Shown: one piece after another, positions 26,602 through 37,000 of the stretch
How positions within the stretch are numbered: position 1 is the first letter of the stretch
Layout: every line of letters starts with the position of its first letter
Assembly: GCA_964651435.1 (NCBI GenBank)
Contig: CAZYVU010000010.1
Location: 11,392-75,391 of the forward strand
Length of the DNA stretch: 64,000 nucleotides
Reading direction: 5' to 3'
From: an uncultured Pseudomonadota bacterium
GTDB lineage: Bacteria; Desulfobacterota; Syntrophorhabdia; Syntrophorhabdales; CAYQXL01
Made by a program: the position numbers and the translations under genes
The notes under the pieces: generated by a model
The model's database searches: none
The model's input: the letters and a program-made list of their open reading frames with translations, nothing else
Told to the model about the DNA's origin: nothing

Positions 26602-27497
26602 CGGCCGGTCCTCCCTCTGTTCAGCCGTCCATGATCGAGCGCCTTTGCAAGCGTTCTCCGCGTCAGCACCTCCACCATGGCGCACCGGTACTCGGCGCTG
26701 CCCCGGCCATCGGTTATGGGGGCGCACTCGGTGGCCGCCTGTGCGGCCGCCTTATCGAAGAGCCCTTCGCCGGGCGCCTCCCCCAGAAGCATCGCCTCCG
26801 CCCTCGATGCGCGAACAGCCGTGGGCGCCACGGAGCTGAGGACGATCTTCGCCCCGCAAATTTTTCCGCCGGGGCTTTCAAGCGTTATGAGGGAGGCAAC
26901 GGCGACAATGGCGATCTCCAGGGCGTTGCGGTGGCCGAGCTTCATGTACTCACCCCCCGTAAACGGCGGTGGTTCGTCAACGAGTATGGCCTCAATCAGC
27001 TCGTCGGCATCGAGAACCGTTTGGCCGGGGCCGACAAAGAACCGGTCCAGCGAAACCTCGCGGGTCCCGCGGAGGCTCGTTACCTTCGCCCGCGCACCGT
27101 AGGCGAGCAGGGCCGGTGGCAGGTCGGCCGCGGGCCTTGCCGTAGCCAGGTTGCCGCCTATGGTGGCACGATTGCGAATGAGAGGCGATCCGAGGCAGGA
27201 CGCCGCCCGGGCAAGGGCCGGAAGAACGGACCCGATGGCGGGAGACTCTTTCAGCTCTGCGGCCGTCACGAGAGGGCCGATGGAAAGGCCACGTCCCGTG
27301 CGTCTGACCCCGGCCAAATCCGGCACCCTGCCAAGGCTCACGAGGGCCCGGGGTTTTTCAACGCCCTGCTTCATCTTTACGAGAATGTCCGTGCCGCCGG
27401 CGATGATCTTGCCGTCTGCCTTTAGCCCAGCCAAACAATCGAGGGCATGAGCAAGGTCGGGCGGCTCGTAATACTCAAATCCGGGTAAGAGCAGCAT
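26598..27497 (-). CDS. Xanthine dehydrogenase family FAD-binding medium subunit (CoxM-like)
   Basis: IIAGGTDILV, ATIGGNLA and a C-terminal SAEYR motif. GGAGG RBS upstream of the ATG at 27497. Confidence 0.88.
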   Translation of the reverse strand: MLLLPGFEYYEPPDLAHALDCLAGLKADGKIIAGGTDILVKMKQGVEKPRALVSLGRVPDLAGVRRTGRGLSIGPLVTAAELKESPAIGSVLPALARAASCLGSPLIRNRATIGGNLATARPAADLPPALLAYGARAKVTSLRGTREVSLDRFFVGPGQTVLDADELIEAILVDEPPPFTGGEYMKLGHRNALEIAIVAVASLITLESPGGKICGAKIVLSSVAPTAVRASRAEAMLLGEAPGEGLFDKAAAQAATECAPITDGRGSAEYRCAMVEVLTRRTLAKALDHGRLNRGRTGR

Positions 27498-27662
27498 GAA
27501 ATATTCCTCCTACGCTAAGCATGCAAAGCATTTTCGCACATCAATCATGGCCGGCGCAAGCGCCTCTGCGGTACACGCGAAGGGTCCCCTTTTTTTTACA
27601 TATCCGACGGGAGACTCTTGCGCGTAAGGGCCCCGATGAAGATGGGGGCCAAACATCCCGCG

Positions 27663-27692
27663 TTGACAAGGGCCCACGCTCTCCGGTACTAT
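27663..27692 (+). promoter_or_regulatory. Putative sigma70-type promoter (TTGACA-N18-TACTAT) for the SYLF/radical-SAM pair
   Basis: Hexamers at 27663-27668 and 27687-27692. AAGGAGG RBS before the ATG at 27745. Confidence 0.4.
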
Positions 27693-27744
27693 TTGCCAGG
27701 TTTGATTGCCGCTGTCATACCTCACACCTTAATAAGGAGGGGCC

Positions 27745-28494
27745 ATGGACCGCAACGATTTTCAGAGGAAAAAGGGGCTTAAAGGAGCGTACGTCGCTTT
27801 CTTGCTGGTTTGCCTCTTCGTCTTTGCGCTCTGCCCGGGCACGGCACGGGCCGCCAGCGCAGAGCTCGACGCCCGCCACCTCGTCGACAAGGCAAGGTTT
27901 ACCTTTGAGAGCTTCATGCAGGCGCGAGAGATGGAGGCCTTCAGGAACCTTCTTAAGAATGCCCGCGCCCTTTATATTGCGCCCCAGGTTCTGCGCGGCG
28001 CCTTCATCTTCGGTGCCTCCGGAGGGAGCGGCGTCCTCATAGCCCGGGAGGGCATGGAGAACAAATGGGTCGGACCGGCCTTTTATACCATCGGGGACGT
28101 AAGCTTCGGGCTCCAGATCGGAGGCGACGCTTCGGAGATCATCCTTCTCATCATGTCCCAGCGCGGGATAACGGCCATGCTCGGAACAAGCCTGAAGCTG
28201 GGCGCAGACTTGAGCGTGGCCTTGGGCCCCGTTGGAATGGGCGCCAAGGCCTCGACGGCAAACCTGAGCGCCGATATCATAGCGTTCTCTCGCTCGAAGG
28301 GCCTTTACGGAGGCATTTCGGTCGACGGCGCCATCGTGGCCGTTCGGGAGAGTCTGAACTCAGCCTACTACAAGAAGCCGACGACACCTTCCGACATCTT
28401 TGTGATGCAGGAGGTCACCAACCCGCACGCCGACGACCTTCTCAACGTCGTGGCGCGGGGAGCCGCATTGGAGCCCCCAACCCCTCAGCCGTAG
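27745..28494 (+). CDS. SYLF (Ysc84/DUF500) lipid-binding domain protein, secreted
   Basis: Signal peptide LLVCLFVFALCPGTARA. FGLQIGGDASEIILLIMS, LKLGADLSVALGPVG and SRSKGLYGGISVDGAIV match the SYLF domain pattern. Confidence 0.8.
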   Translation: MDRNDFQRKKGLKGAYVAFLLVCLFVFALCPGTARAASAELDARHLVDKARFTFESFMQAREMEAFRNLLKNARALYIAPQVLRGAFIFGASGGSGVLIAREGMENKWVGPAFYTIGDVSFGLQIGGDASEIILLIMSQRGITAMLGTSLKLGADLSVALGPVGMGAKASTANLSADIIAFSRSKGLYGGISVDGAIVAVRESLNSAYYKKPTTPSDIFVMQEVTNPHADDLLNVVARGAALEPPTPQP

Positions 28495-28497
28495 AGG

Positions 28498-29781
28498 ATG
28501 ACTGTGCCCCTTGTCGGATGCACCTCCATCGAGCCCTTTGAGGTCTGCTCTATCCGGCCTCCCACGGAGAACTACAGCCTCACCTTCAGACTTACCCGGA
28601 ACTGCGGCTGGAATCGCTGCAAGTTCTGCCCCGTCTACAAGTTGGGGGCCAGGTTCAGCAGGAGAAGCATCGATGAGGTAAAGGGCGATATAGACCGGGC
28701 CCGCCGCATCGATGATCTCCTCGCGGACTTGGGGGTCGACAGCCCATCGCGACGGCACGACCTCTACGGAAAGGTCGGAGCGCTCATCGAAAAGCTGGGT
28801 GCCGGGAAAGGGAATCGGGAGGCCCACGCCACACCTGGCGACAACGATGATGATGAACGGATGGCCTGGTTCGCCTCGTGGTTCAAGGAGAAGCCTTCCC
28901 TGGAAGACAGCATTTACCACGTACTTACGTGGCGGCTTTACGGCGGAGGCACGGCCTTCCTTGGCGATGCCGATTCGCTTCTGCTGCGGCCCGACTTTTT
29001 CTCCGACGTCATGGGGTACGTCAGGGAACGGTTTCCCGCCATAGGACGGTTTACCGTATACGGCCGTACGCGGTCGGCAGTGCGGAAACCCTTCGACGAC
29101 CTTCGTGCATTCGCCCGTGCGGGCCTTCACCGCATCCATTTCGGCATCGAGAGCGGGAGTGACAGGGTACTCACGTTCATGAGTAAAGGCGAAACGGCAG
29201 GGGACCACGTGGAGGGTTGCCGAAAAGCGAGAGAAGCGGGCATCTCCCCGTCCGTTTACGTTATGCCCGGACTCGGAGGGACAGCATGGTCGGAGGAACA
29301 TGCCTACGAGACGGCACGGGTCATCACGGAGGCAAAGCCCGACTACGTGCGACTCCGCACCCTGGAGATCTTTCCGGGGACGCCTCTTGCCGAGGCCGTG
29401 GCCGCCGGAGGGTTTACGGAGGCGACAGAGGAGCAGGTGGTCAGGGAGATCAGGATCATTGTCGCACATGCCGACGGCCCCATGACGCTGGTGAGTGACA
29501 GCGCGTCAAACCTCCTCGACGTGGGCGGCAGACTTCCTCAGGACAGGGAAAAGACGCTTTCAGTGATCGATGGCTACCTGGCCATGAGCGGGCGCGAGAA
29601 GCTCGAGTTCAGCCTCCTGTCACGCCTTCAGTCCTTCCTCGGCCAGTACGGCAACCTGTCGCCTGACATTGCGAGGATCGTCGCGCCCTACCTCGGAGAG
29701 GATAGCATCAACACATCGCGTATGTCCGAGGAACTTCTTCACGGAACGATCAGGCTGATCCGTTCGAAGCTTATGCCTTAG
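28498..29781 (+). CDS. Radical SAM superfamily protein with a CX4CX2C cluster motif
   Basis: RNCGWNRCKFCPVY, then FLGDADSLL (GGE-like region), GLHRIHFGIESGS and YVMPGLGG. It starts 4 nt after the SYLF stop. Confidence 0.8.
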   Translation: MTVPLVGCTSIEPFEVCSIRPPTENYSLTFRLTRNCGWNRCKFCPVYKLGARFSRRSIDEVKGDIDRARRIDDLLADLGVDSPSRRHDLYGKVGALIEKLGAGKGNREAHATPGDNDDDERMAWFASWFKEKPSLEDSIYHVLTWRLYGGGTAFLGDADSLLLRPDFFSDVMGYVRERFPAIGRFTVYGRTRSAVRKPFDDLRAFARAGLHRIHFGIESGSDRVLTFMSKGETAGDHVEGCRKAREAGISPSVYVMPGLGGTAWSEEHAYETARVITEAKPDYVRLRTLEIFPGTPLAEAVAAGGFTEATEEQVVREIRIIVAHADGPMTLVSDSASNLLDVGGRLPQDREKTLSVIDGYLAMSGREKLEFSLLSRLQSFLGQYGNLSPDIARIVAPYLGEDSINTSRMSEELLHGTIRLIRSKLMP

Positions 29782-30707
29782 GCCGCCGACCGTCCCGGGC
29801 CCCAGCCCTTCTTCGCTTCGAGCCATACGACATAGAGGATTGCCACCACCGACGTCACTGTTGCGGGAACGACTGCCGTCTCGTTGAAAAAAAAGAGCGC
29901 CAGGCCCCCTGCGAGCCCGAAGTTCTTGAAGGTCCCGAGGAGAAGGAGGCTCGTGGACCGTGGACCGGGAACCCCCATGGTTCGGGCCACCACCTTGATG
30001 ATCGATCCGAGCACAAAGGTGCTCAGAACGGCGATTGCGGTAACCGGAAGGAGCCCCAGGGGATCGGACAAAAAGAGCCCCCTGTTGAGCCCAACCATGG
30101 TGTAGGTGAGGATGAAAAAGCTCCAGTTCGTAAGGGGTCCTTTGAGGAACTCGATCCTGGCTGCCGCACCGGTTCGAATAAGAATACGCGACAGGATCAG
30201 GGGGCCGGCGATGAGCTCCAGCAGGGTGATGATGAGCTTCCAGGGACTGACAAATCCGGCACCGAGAAGGGCCACGACGATGAGGGGCTGGATGGCAAGG
30301 GCACCGACGTAGCCACCGACGGTGCCTATAAGCGCGTACTCGTTGTCTCCCCCAAGGAAGAAGGAGAAGGGGATGACGGCCACTGCCGGCGGAACGGCGG
30401 CCAGAACGACGAACCCCGTCCAGAGGTCCGTATCGTCAATGAGAAACCGGGCCAGGAGAAGGAGCACCGTCGCATGAAGGGCATAGCTCATGAGGATGCC
30501 GGCCAAGGCCGGCTTGAGGATGTGCCTCGTCGATCGCAGCGATGCACCGGTCACGCCGAGCGTCGATATGGTCATGATGATCGCAAGCGCGGGCAGCGTG
30601 GCCCCACTCGTCCACCGGGCGGCCCCGTCCCAGACAAGGCCGAGCACGATGCCCAGCAGCATGACGGCGTTTCGGTTCTTCACAATGGTAAGAAAGGAAA
30701 TTTTCAT
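29778..30707 (-). CDS. Integral membrane permease, BASS/AEC-like fold (function uncertain)
   Basis: About 9-10 hydrophobic segments. LGTFKNFGLAGGLALFF resembles the bile-acid:Na+ symporter / auxin-efflux-carrier superfamily. ATG start. Confidence 0.6.
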   Translation of the reverse strand: MKISFLTIVKNRNAVMLLGIVLGLVWDGAARWTSGATLPALAIIMTISTLGVTGASLRSTRHILKPALAGILMSYALHATVLLLLARFLIDDTDLWTGFVVLAAVPPAVAVIPFSFFLGGDNEYALIGTVGGYVGALAIQPLIVVALLGAGFVSPWKLIITLLELIAGPLILSRILIRTGAAARIEFLKGPLTNWSFFILTYTMVGLNRGLFLSDPLGLLPVTAIAVLSTFVLGSIIKVVARTMGVPGPRSTSLLLLGTFKNFGLAGGLALFFFNETAVVPATVTSVVAILYVVWLEAKKGWGPGRSAA

Positions 30708-30839
30708 GTTGCCCCTTCACCTTCAACGCGTTATCAAAAAAAGTTAGGCAGCGGTGAGAACCGGAAACAAGTATGCCACAGGAGGCCGGCCCTGACAAGA
30801 AGCGCCGCGCAAGAGATAGGATGGTGGAGTGACGGCCCG

Positions 30840-30868
30840 TTGACAGATTAGAGGGTCGCTGCTACAAT
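30840..30868 (+). promoter_or_regulatory. Near-consensus sigma70 promoter (TTGACA-N17-TACAAT) upstream of the giant RCC1 gene
   Basis: TTGACA at 30840-30845 and TACAAT at 30863-30868 with an exact 17-nt spacer. AGGAGGA RBS at 31001-31007. Confidence 0.5.
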
Positions 30869-31014
30869 TCAAAAAAGGGAGTGGTGGTAAAATGGGCGGG
30901 GTAGATATCGAGGCACGGTCATTTCAGACTATTGAGGGGACATGGACCCTCATCTGCCGGGTTGTCTCTCACAACATAAGTACATCGAATCATTGCGCGA
31001 ATTAGGAGGACCAC

Positions 31015-34000
31015 ATGGGCCGCCGTCTTTGCTTGTTCACCTGGACAGTCATTGCTGTCATTTTCTTTACATTTCAGGCATACGCTCACGCGTCCGGCGT
31101 ACCCGGCGCGCCACAGGATGCGCTGGAGGACGCCAGCGACAACACCGTCTGGACGTGGGGCGCAAATTTCAGCGGCGAACTGGGGAATGGTACGTGGGAG
31201 CCCGGCACAAGAACCCCCGGCGAGCTGGCCGACTTTGCGGACGTAACATCCGTCGCCGCCGGCGACGCTTTCACGGTTGCCCTCAAATCGGACGGCACCG
31301 TCTGGACCTGGGGGAACAATGCGTTCGGCCAGCTCGGTGATGGGACGACAGTGAACAAGAATGTGCCGACCCAGGTGCCGACCCTCTCCGACATCATCGC
31401 GATGGCGGCCGGGCCGTATCACACCGTCGCCCTTACATCGGCCGGCACGGTCTGGGCCTGGGGCAGGAATGATTACGGTCAGGTCGGCGATGGGACGACG
31501 ACAAACCGGCTGAGCCCCGTCGTCGTCGCGGGCGTTACGGGGGTTACGGCCATTGCGGCCGGGTATGAGCACACCTTGGCAGTCAGATCGGACGGCACCG
31601 TCTGGACCTGGGGACGCAACAATGGCGGCCAGCTCGGTGACGGGACGACGACAAACCGGCTGAGCCCCGTCCAGGTGTCGGTGCTCACGGGCGCTGTGCG
31701 CTTGGCGGGCGGGGGCTGGCACTCCATGGCCCTCAAGTCGGACGGCACCGTCTGGACCTGGGGGTCGAACCTCCACGGCCAGTTGGGTGACGGCTCGTAC
31801 GACTGGAGCGTCATCCCCAAGGTGGTGCCTGGCTTCGCGGGCATAGCGAACATCGCATGCGGCGGCGACTACTCCATGGCCCTCAAGTCTGACGGCACCG
31901 TGTGGACCTGGGGTTTCGGCGGCCAAGGGTCTCTGGGGACGGGCGAGTGGACCAACAGGCTAAGCCCCGTTCAGGTGCCGGGGCTTACAGGCGTCGGAGG
32001 TGCCACCGCCAGGGCGTGCACGACAATAGCCTGGAAATCAGACGGTTCAGGCTTCTGGGCATGGGGCTGTAACGAAGCCGGCCAGTTCGGGGACGGCACA
32101 TTCGGATACCAGAATCCGAGCCCCACCGCCGTGTCGGCGCTTTCGGGCATCGCGACCATGGCAAGCGGCGCCGGTCACACGGTCGCCCTTGCAAACCCGG
32201 CACCGCCCTCGTCCTACATCCTCACCGTTGCCAAGTCGGGGACAGGAGCGGACGCCGTGACATCGTCTCCGGCTGGCATCGACTGCGGCGCCACGTGCAG
32301 CTATGTCTTTACGGCTGGAACGGTCGTCACGTTGACGGCGACCCCTGCCGCAGGCTCCATGTTCACCGGCTGGTCAGGCGGGGGCTGCTCGGGCACGGGA
32401 ACGTGCACGGTGACGCTTGATGCCGATGTTACGGTCACGGCAACCTTTGCAGCCATGCCGATCCTTACCGTTGCCACGTCAGGGACAGGGTCGGGAACGG
32501 TAACGTCGTCGCCGGCGGGCATCGACTGCGGCGCCACGTGCAGCTATGCCTTTACGGCTGGAACGGTCGTCACGTTGACGGCGACCCCTGCCGCAGGCTC
32601 CATGTTCACCGGCTGGTCAGGCGGGGGCTGCTCGGGCACGGGAACGTGCACGGTGACGATGAACAGCGCTACGGCCGTCACTGCAACCTTCGGCAATACG
32701 GCGGTCTTGACCCTCACGAGATTCGGTACCGGCCTGGGAACCGTCACGTCTTCCCCCGCGGGCATCATTTGCGGGAACACCTGCAGCGCCTCCTTCAGCC
32801 CCGGCTCCGTCGTTACCTTGACCGCAACGCCTGCGGCCGGTTCCACCTTTCTGGGCTGGCTTGGCGGCGGCTGCTCGGGCACGGGAACGTGCACGGTGAC
32901 GCCCGGCGCCGCCACGATGGTGGCCGCCATTTTCTCGTCTGCCGCAACGGGTAACATGGTCTGGGCATGGGGAGACAATTATTATTGTCAGATTGGTGAC
33001 GGGACGACGACGGACCGGCTGAGCCCCGTCCAGGTACCGGGGCTGACGGGCGTCGTGGCTGTTGCCGGAGGGGGCTATCACTCCATGGCCCTCACATCGG
33101 CCGGCACCCTATGGACCTGGGGACTCAATGAGGATGGTCAGCTCGGGGATGGGACAAGAACGCAGAGGTGCAGTCCTGTTCAGGTGCCAGGGCTTACCGG
33201 TGTTACGGCCATTTCGGGAGGTTGGGGTCACTCTCTGGCCGTGAAGGCTGACGGCACCGTCTGGGTATGGGGCGGCAACGGTTACGGTCAGCTTGGGGAT
33301 GGGACGACGACGGACCGGCTGAGCCCCGTCCAGGTACCGGGCATGGCGGGCGTTGTGGCCGCGGCTGGAGGCGGCTATCACTCCCTGGTGTTGACATCTG
33401 ATGGAACCGTATGGGCGTTCGGGCACAATACGAATGGCCAGCTCGGGGACGGCACAACGACGGACCGGCTGAGCCCCGTCCAGGTGCCGGGGCTGACGGG
33501 CATCGTGGCCGTAGCAGCAGGGGGCAGCTATTCTGCGGCCCTTAGATCGGATGGCACGGTCTGGGCATGGGGGGACAATTATTATTGCCAGATCGGGGAC
33601 GGGACGACGACGGACCGGTTGAGCCCCGTCCAGGTGCCGGGGCTGACGGACGTTGCCGGGATAGCGGGCGGCGATGCCCACGTTGTAGCAAAAAAGACGG
33701 ACGGCACCGCCAGGGCATGGGGATACAACGCTTACGGTCAGCTTGGGGATGGGACGACAACAAAGAGGTGCAGCCCCGTTCAGGTGTCGGGGCTGACAAA
33801 TGTTGCCGGCATGGCCGGGGGGTACGGGCACAGCCCGGCGCTCACATCAAGCGGTACCTTTTGGGCCTGGGGCCGCAATTTTAACGGTCAGCTTGGGGAT
33901 GGGACGACAACAAACAGATCAAGTCCTGGCCAGGTACCGGGGCTGACGGGAGGTCTCAGCGTTTCAGCGGGCTGGGAACACAGCATCGCCCTTCGGGCCG

Positions 34001-37000
34001 GTGAGACGCCCTCTTCCTACGCCCTTGCTGTCACAAGGACCGGTACCGGCGCGGGCGCGGTAGCCTCCTCCCCGGCCGGCATCGACTGCGGGGCCACCTG
34101 CAGCGCCTCCTTCAGCGCCGGCACCGTCGTTACCTTGACCGCAACGCCCGATGCCGGTTCCATCTTTACGGGCTGGTTGGGCAGCGGGTGCTCGGGCACG
34201 GGAACATGTACGGTGACACTGAACAGCAATACGGTGGTTGCCGCCCTCTTTTCACCGGAGGCAACCAGCAATGTGGTGTGGACCTGGGGACACAACGAAT
34301 ATGGCCAGCTCGGGGATGGAACGACGGCGGACAGACACAGCCCGATTGCTGTATCGGGCGTCACGAATGCCGTTGGGATTACCGGTGGGGATGCCCATAC
34401 GCTGGCTGTCACATCGGCCGGTACGGTCTGGGCGTGGGGGTGGAACCTCTATGGCCAGCTCGGGGACGGAACGACGGCGGACAGGCTGAGCCCCGTCCAG
34501 GTGCCGGGCATGGCGGGCGTTGCCGATGCTGGGGCCGGCGCCTCTCATACCGTCGCGGTGAAGTTCGACAGCACGGTCTGGGCCTGGGGAAGCAACAACT
34601 CCGGCCAAGTCGGGGACGGGACGACGACAAACAGGCTAAGCCCCGTTCAGGTGCCGGGGCTGACGGGTGTGGTGGCCATCGCGGCCGGTGGTTACCACTC
34701 CATGGCCCTCAAATCGGACGGGACCGTCTGGGCGTGGGGATGGAATGCATTCGGTCAAATCGGGGACGGGACGACGACAAACAGGCTAAGCCCCGTTCAG
34801 GTGCCGGGGCTGACGGGTGTGGTGGCCATCGCGGCCGGTGCTTACCACTCCATGGCCCTCAAATCGGACGGGACCATCTGGGCGTGGGGAGGAAATATGT
34901 ACGGCCAGGTCGGTGACGGGACAGTGACGGACAGGCTGAGTCCCGTTCAGGTGCCCGCCTTCACCGGTACTAAGGGTATTGCAGCGGGGGGCTTTCACTC
35001 TGTGGCCCTCAAATCGGATGGGACCATCTGGGCGTGGGGGGACAACACCCTGGGACAAATCGGGGACGGCACGACAACGGAACGGCGCAGTCCCGTTCAG
35101 GTGCCGGGCATGGCAGCAGTTGCACGAATCGGAGGCGGCGGCGGACACACGGTAGCCCTCGCGTCGAACGGCACCCTCTGGACTTGGGGCAACAACTCCA
35201 AGGGTCAGATCGGGGACGGAACGACGACGAACAGGCTGAGCCCCGTCCAGGTGCCGGGGCTGACGGCGGTTACGGGGATTGCCGGCGGGTGGAAGCACAC
35301 AATGGCCGTCAGGGCCGGAGGAGAGCCCACTTCCCACACCCTTACCGCCACAAGGACCGGTACCGGCGCGGGCGCGGTAGCCTCCTCCCCGGCCGGCATC
35401 GACTGCGGGGCCACCTGCAGCGCCTCCTTCAGCGCCGGCACCGTCGTTACCTTGACCGCAACGCCCGATGCCGGTTCCATCTTTACGGGCTGGTTGGGCA
35501 GCGGGTGCTCGGGCACGGGAACATGCACAATAACGCTCAGCGGCGACAGCATCGTCGTTGCCCTATTCTCACAGCAGGGAACGGATAGCAGCCTCTGGAC
35601 CTGGGGCAACAACGAGAATGGCCAGCTCGGGGACGGAACGACGACGAACAGGCTAAGCCCCGTTCAGGTGCCGGGGCTGACGGGTCTGCAAGGAACGGCG
35701 GGCGGAGCGGAACACTCAATGGCCCTGAAGTCGGACGGCACGGTCTGGGCATGGGGCAACAATTTCTACGGCCAGCTCGGGGATGGGACGACGACGGACA
35801 GCCTGAGCCCTATCCAGGTGCCGGGGCTCGCGGGCATAGTTGCCGTGGCAGCCGGGGACTATCACAGTGCGGCCTTGAAGTATGATGGTACGGTCTGGAC
35901 CTGGGGATCAAACGGCAACGGACAGCTCGGGGACGGTACGACGACGGACAGCCTGAGCCCTATCCAGGTGCCGGGGCTCGCGGGTGTCATCGACCTTGCG
36001 AGCGGCGGTTATCACATTGTGGCGCTCAAATCGGATGGCACGGTCCGGGCCTGGGGTTGGAACGAGGACGGCCAGATTGGGGACGGAACCACTACAGAGA
36101 GACTGAGCCCTGTCCAGGTGCCGGGGCTCGCGGGTGTTAAAGCTATCGCCACCGGCGACTATCATTCTATGGCCATCAAGTCCGACGGAACGGTCTGGGC
36201 CTGGGGCTGGAATGAGAATGGTCAACTTGGGGATGGGACGACGACGAACGGGCTGAGCCCTGTTCAGGTACCGGGGCTTGCGGGTATGACAGCAGTCGCT
36301 GGCGGGAACTCCCACACCGTTGCCCTAAAATCGGACGGTACGGTCTGGGCCTGGGGTTGGAACGAAGCGGGTCAGCTTGGGGACGGAACGACAACCCAGC
36401 GGCTGAGCCCTGTCCAGACAACGGGGCTGACGGGCGCTGTCACTGTCGCCACCGGCGGCTATCATTCCCTGGCCATCAAGTCGGACGGTACCCTCTGGAC
36501 CTGGGGCTGGAACGAGGACGGTCAACTTGGGGACGGGACGACGACGAACAGGCTGAGCCCTGTCCAGGTACCGGGGCTTGCGGGTATCGCGAAGATTGCC
36601 GCGGGATACGTCCATTCCCTTGCCCTCAAGTTTCCCTCCTCCTATATGCTCACCGTTACTAAGACGGGGGCCGGCACGGGCACCGTGACGTCGTCACCGG
36701 CGGGCATCGACTGCGGGGCCGTCTGCAGCGCCCAGTTCATCCAAACTACGGTCATTACCCTCACTGCCACGGCAGCATCCAACTCCTCCCTAACGGGCTG
36801 GTCAGGCTGTGACAGCACCCCTGCTGCAAACCAATGTGTGGTAACCATGAATGCCGCACGGTTTGTAGAAGCGTCATTCGCGCTGAAGACCTACGTCGTC
36901 ACCCCGTCTGCGGGCGCCAACGGCACGATGACACCTAACACGCCACAGACCGTCACCCATAACGCCACCACCTCTTTTACCGTTACCCCCGCCACGGGCT

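Noticed and set aside
28360-29469. 369-aa minus-strand ORF
   Set aside because: It is antisense to the radical SAM gene, which has clear family motifs. The antisense product has none.
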